Origin: Squalus acanthias
Taxonomy: Eukaryota
NCBI GenBank assembly: GCA_030390025.1
Contig: CM059434.1
Span: forward strand, 52,576,001-52,640,000
Direction of reading: 5' to 3'
Length of the DNA: 64,000 bases
The first letter of the stretch is position 1; each line of letters begins with the position of its first letter. The notes under the pieces are model-generated. The model had not been told where the DNA came from, made no database searches, and was given only the letters and a program-made list of their open reading frames with translations. A program made the position numbers and the translations under genes. Shown in pieces: positions 63,358-64,000 of this stretch.

Positions 63358-63516
63358 CTAAATTCTCTTTTGCGAGAAGTGGCTTCAGTGAGTCTCTCAA
63401 CTCCCCTCAGATAGAGCTTGGAGTTGGGGCACATATCTCAGACAAAATCCACGATTTGGCCATGTACTCCCATAACTTTCGTCTCTTGAGGGCTGCAAGA
63501 GGCACTGGTTGAAACC
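63358..63516 (-). other. Candidate upstream exon of the uncharacterised gene, with an in-frame TGA
   Basis: T9-gtaag| acceptor, AG|gtaagg donor, 159 nt, phase 2-2; TGA at 63440-63438 followed by ATG at 63434. Confidence 0.4.
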
Positions 63517-64000
63517 CTTACAAAAAAAAATCGATGAAAGCAATATAACTGTGTAACCCCTGACCCTAACTACATCACCTGATTTTACATCAATCCACAA
63601 CACATTGCCTACACATTCCTCACAGCAACAACATCCAGCCTGTTCCTTTCTGATTAACCTACCAGCCTCCAAAGTACCATGACAACCCAGAACCACATTA
63701 ACAAGGTTCCTCTGTAGTTCACAGTCTCACTAGACTGCTCCTTCTTATGAATTGAAACCACAGTTGCACTCTGGACCACGAAGGATATGTATGCCTCAAA
63801 CAGAATCCTATCAGAAGGGCAGCTCCACATCGAGTCAGCAGTTCCTGGCAGTGTTCTCCAAAACCAGTTCCTTGATTCCACAGTAAAAGTATACTTGAGA
63901 ACTCAATAGCAGGAATAGGTTTTCAGAGGCACTCCAAGAATGAGGATGAGCACCTTGGGCATGGCGAAGACCAGCTCATTTGGGGTATCCCTCTGACCTA

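Noticed and set aside
63438-63440. Selenocysteine reading of the in-frame TGA
   Set aside because: No redox motif around it and no SECIS element recognised; simpler explanations exist.
1-64000. CRISPR arrays, rRNA or true tRNA genes, intact autonomous retroelements
   Set aside because: No repeat-spacer array or rRNA seen; tRNA-like boxes belong to SINE heads; all RT ORFs are truncated or frameshifted.

Overview
Vertebrate genomic DNA, most likely from a shark or other elasmobranch. This is inferred from the repeat content: SacSINE1-type DeuSINEs, shark-type CR1 and L2 LINEs, Penelope-like elements and PIF/Harbinger MITEs. Two spliced minus-strand genes can be assembled by hand. (1) A complete 4-exon, 299-aa Myb/SANT-like (trihelix) DNA-binding protein with a C-terminal coiled coil (25949->16985); it looks like a domesticated Harbinger accessory gene. 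(2) At least 10 phase-compatible exons (62772->38279, about 450 aa) of a protein I cannot name, whose 5' end is unresolved. Between them is a four-layer nested insertion: old CR1 > Penelope-like element > two-gene Harbinger transposon (Myb/SANT gene plus HARBI1-like DDE transposase, both decayed) > solo LTR. Penelope-like ends carry minimal hammerhead-ribozyme motifs, one with an intact core (5578-5615). All calls come from reading the sequence; no searches were run, and repeat boundaries are approximate unless a TSD or TIR is quoted.
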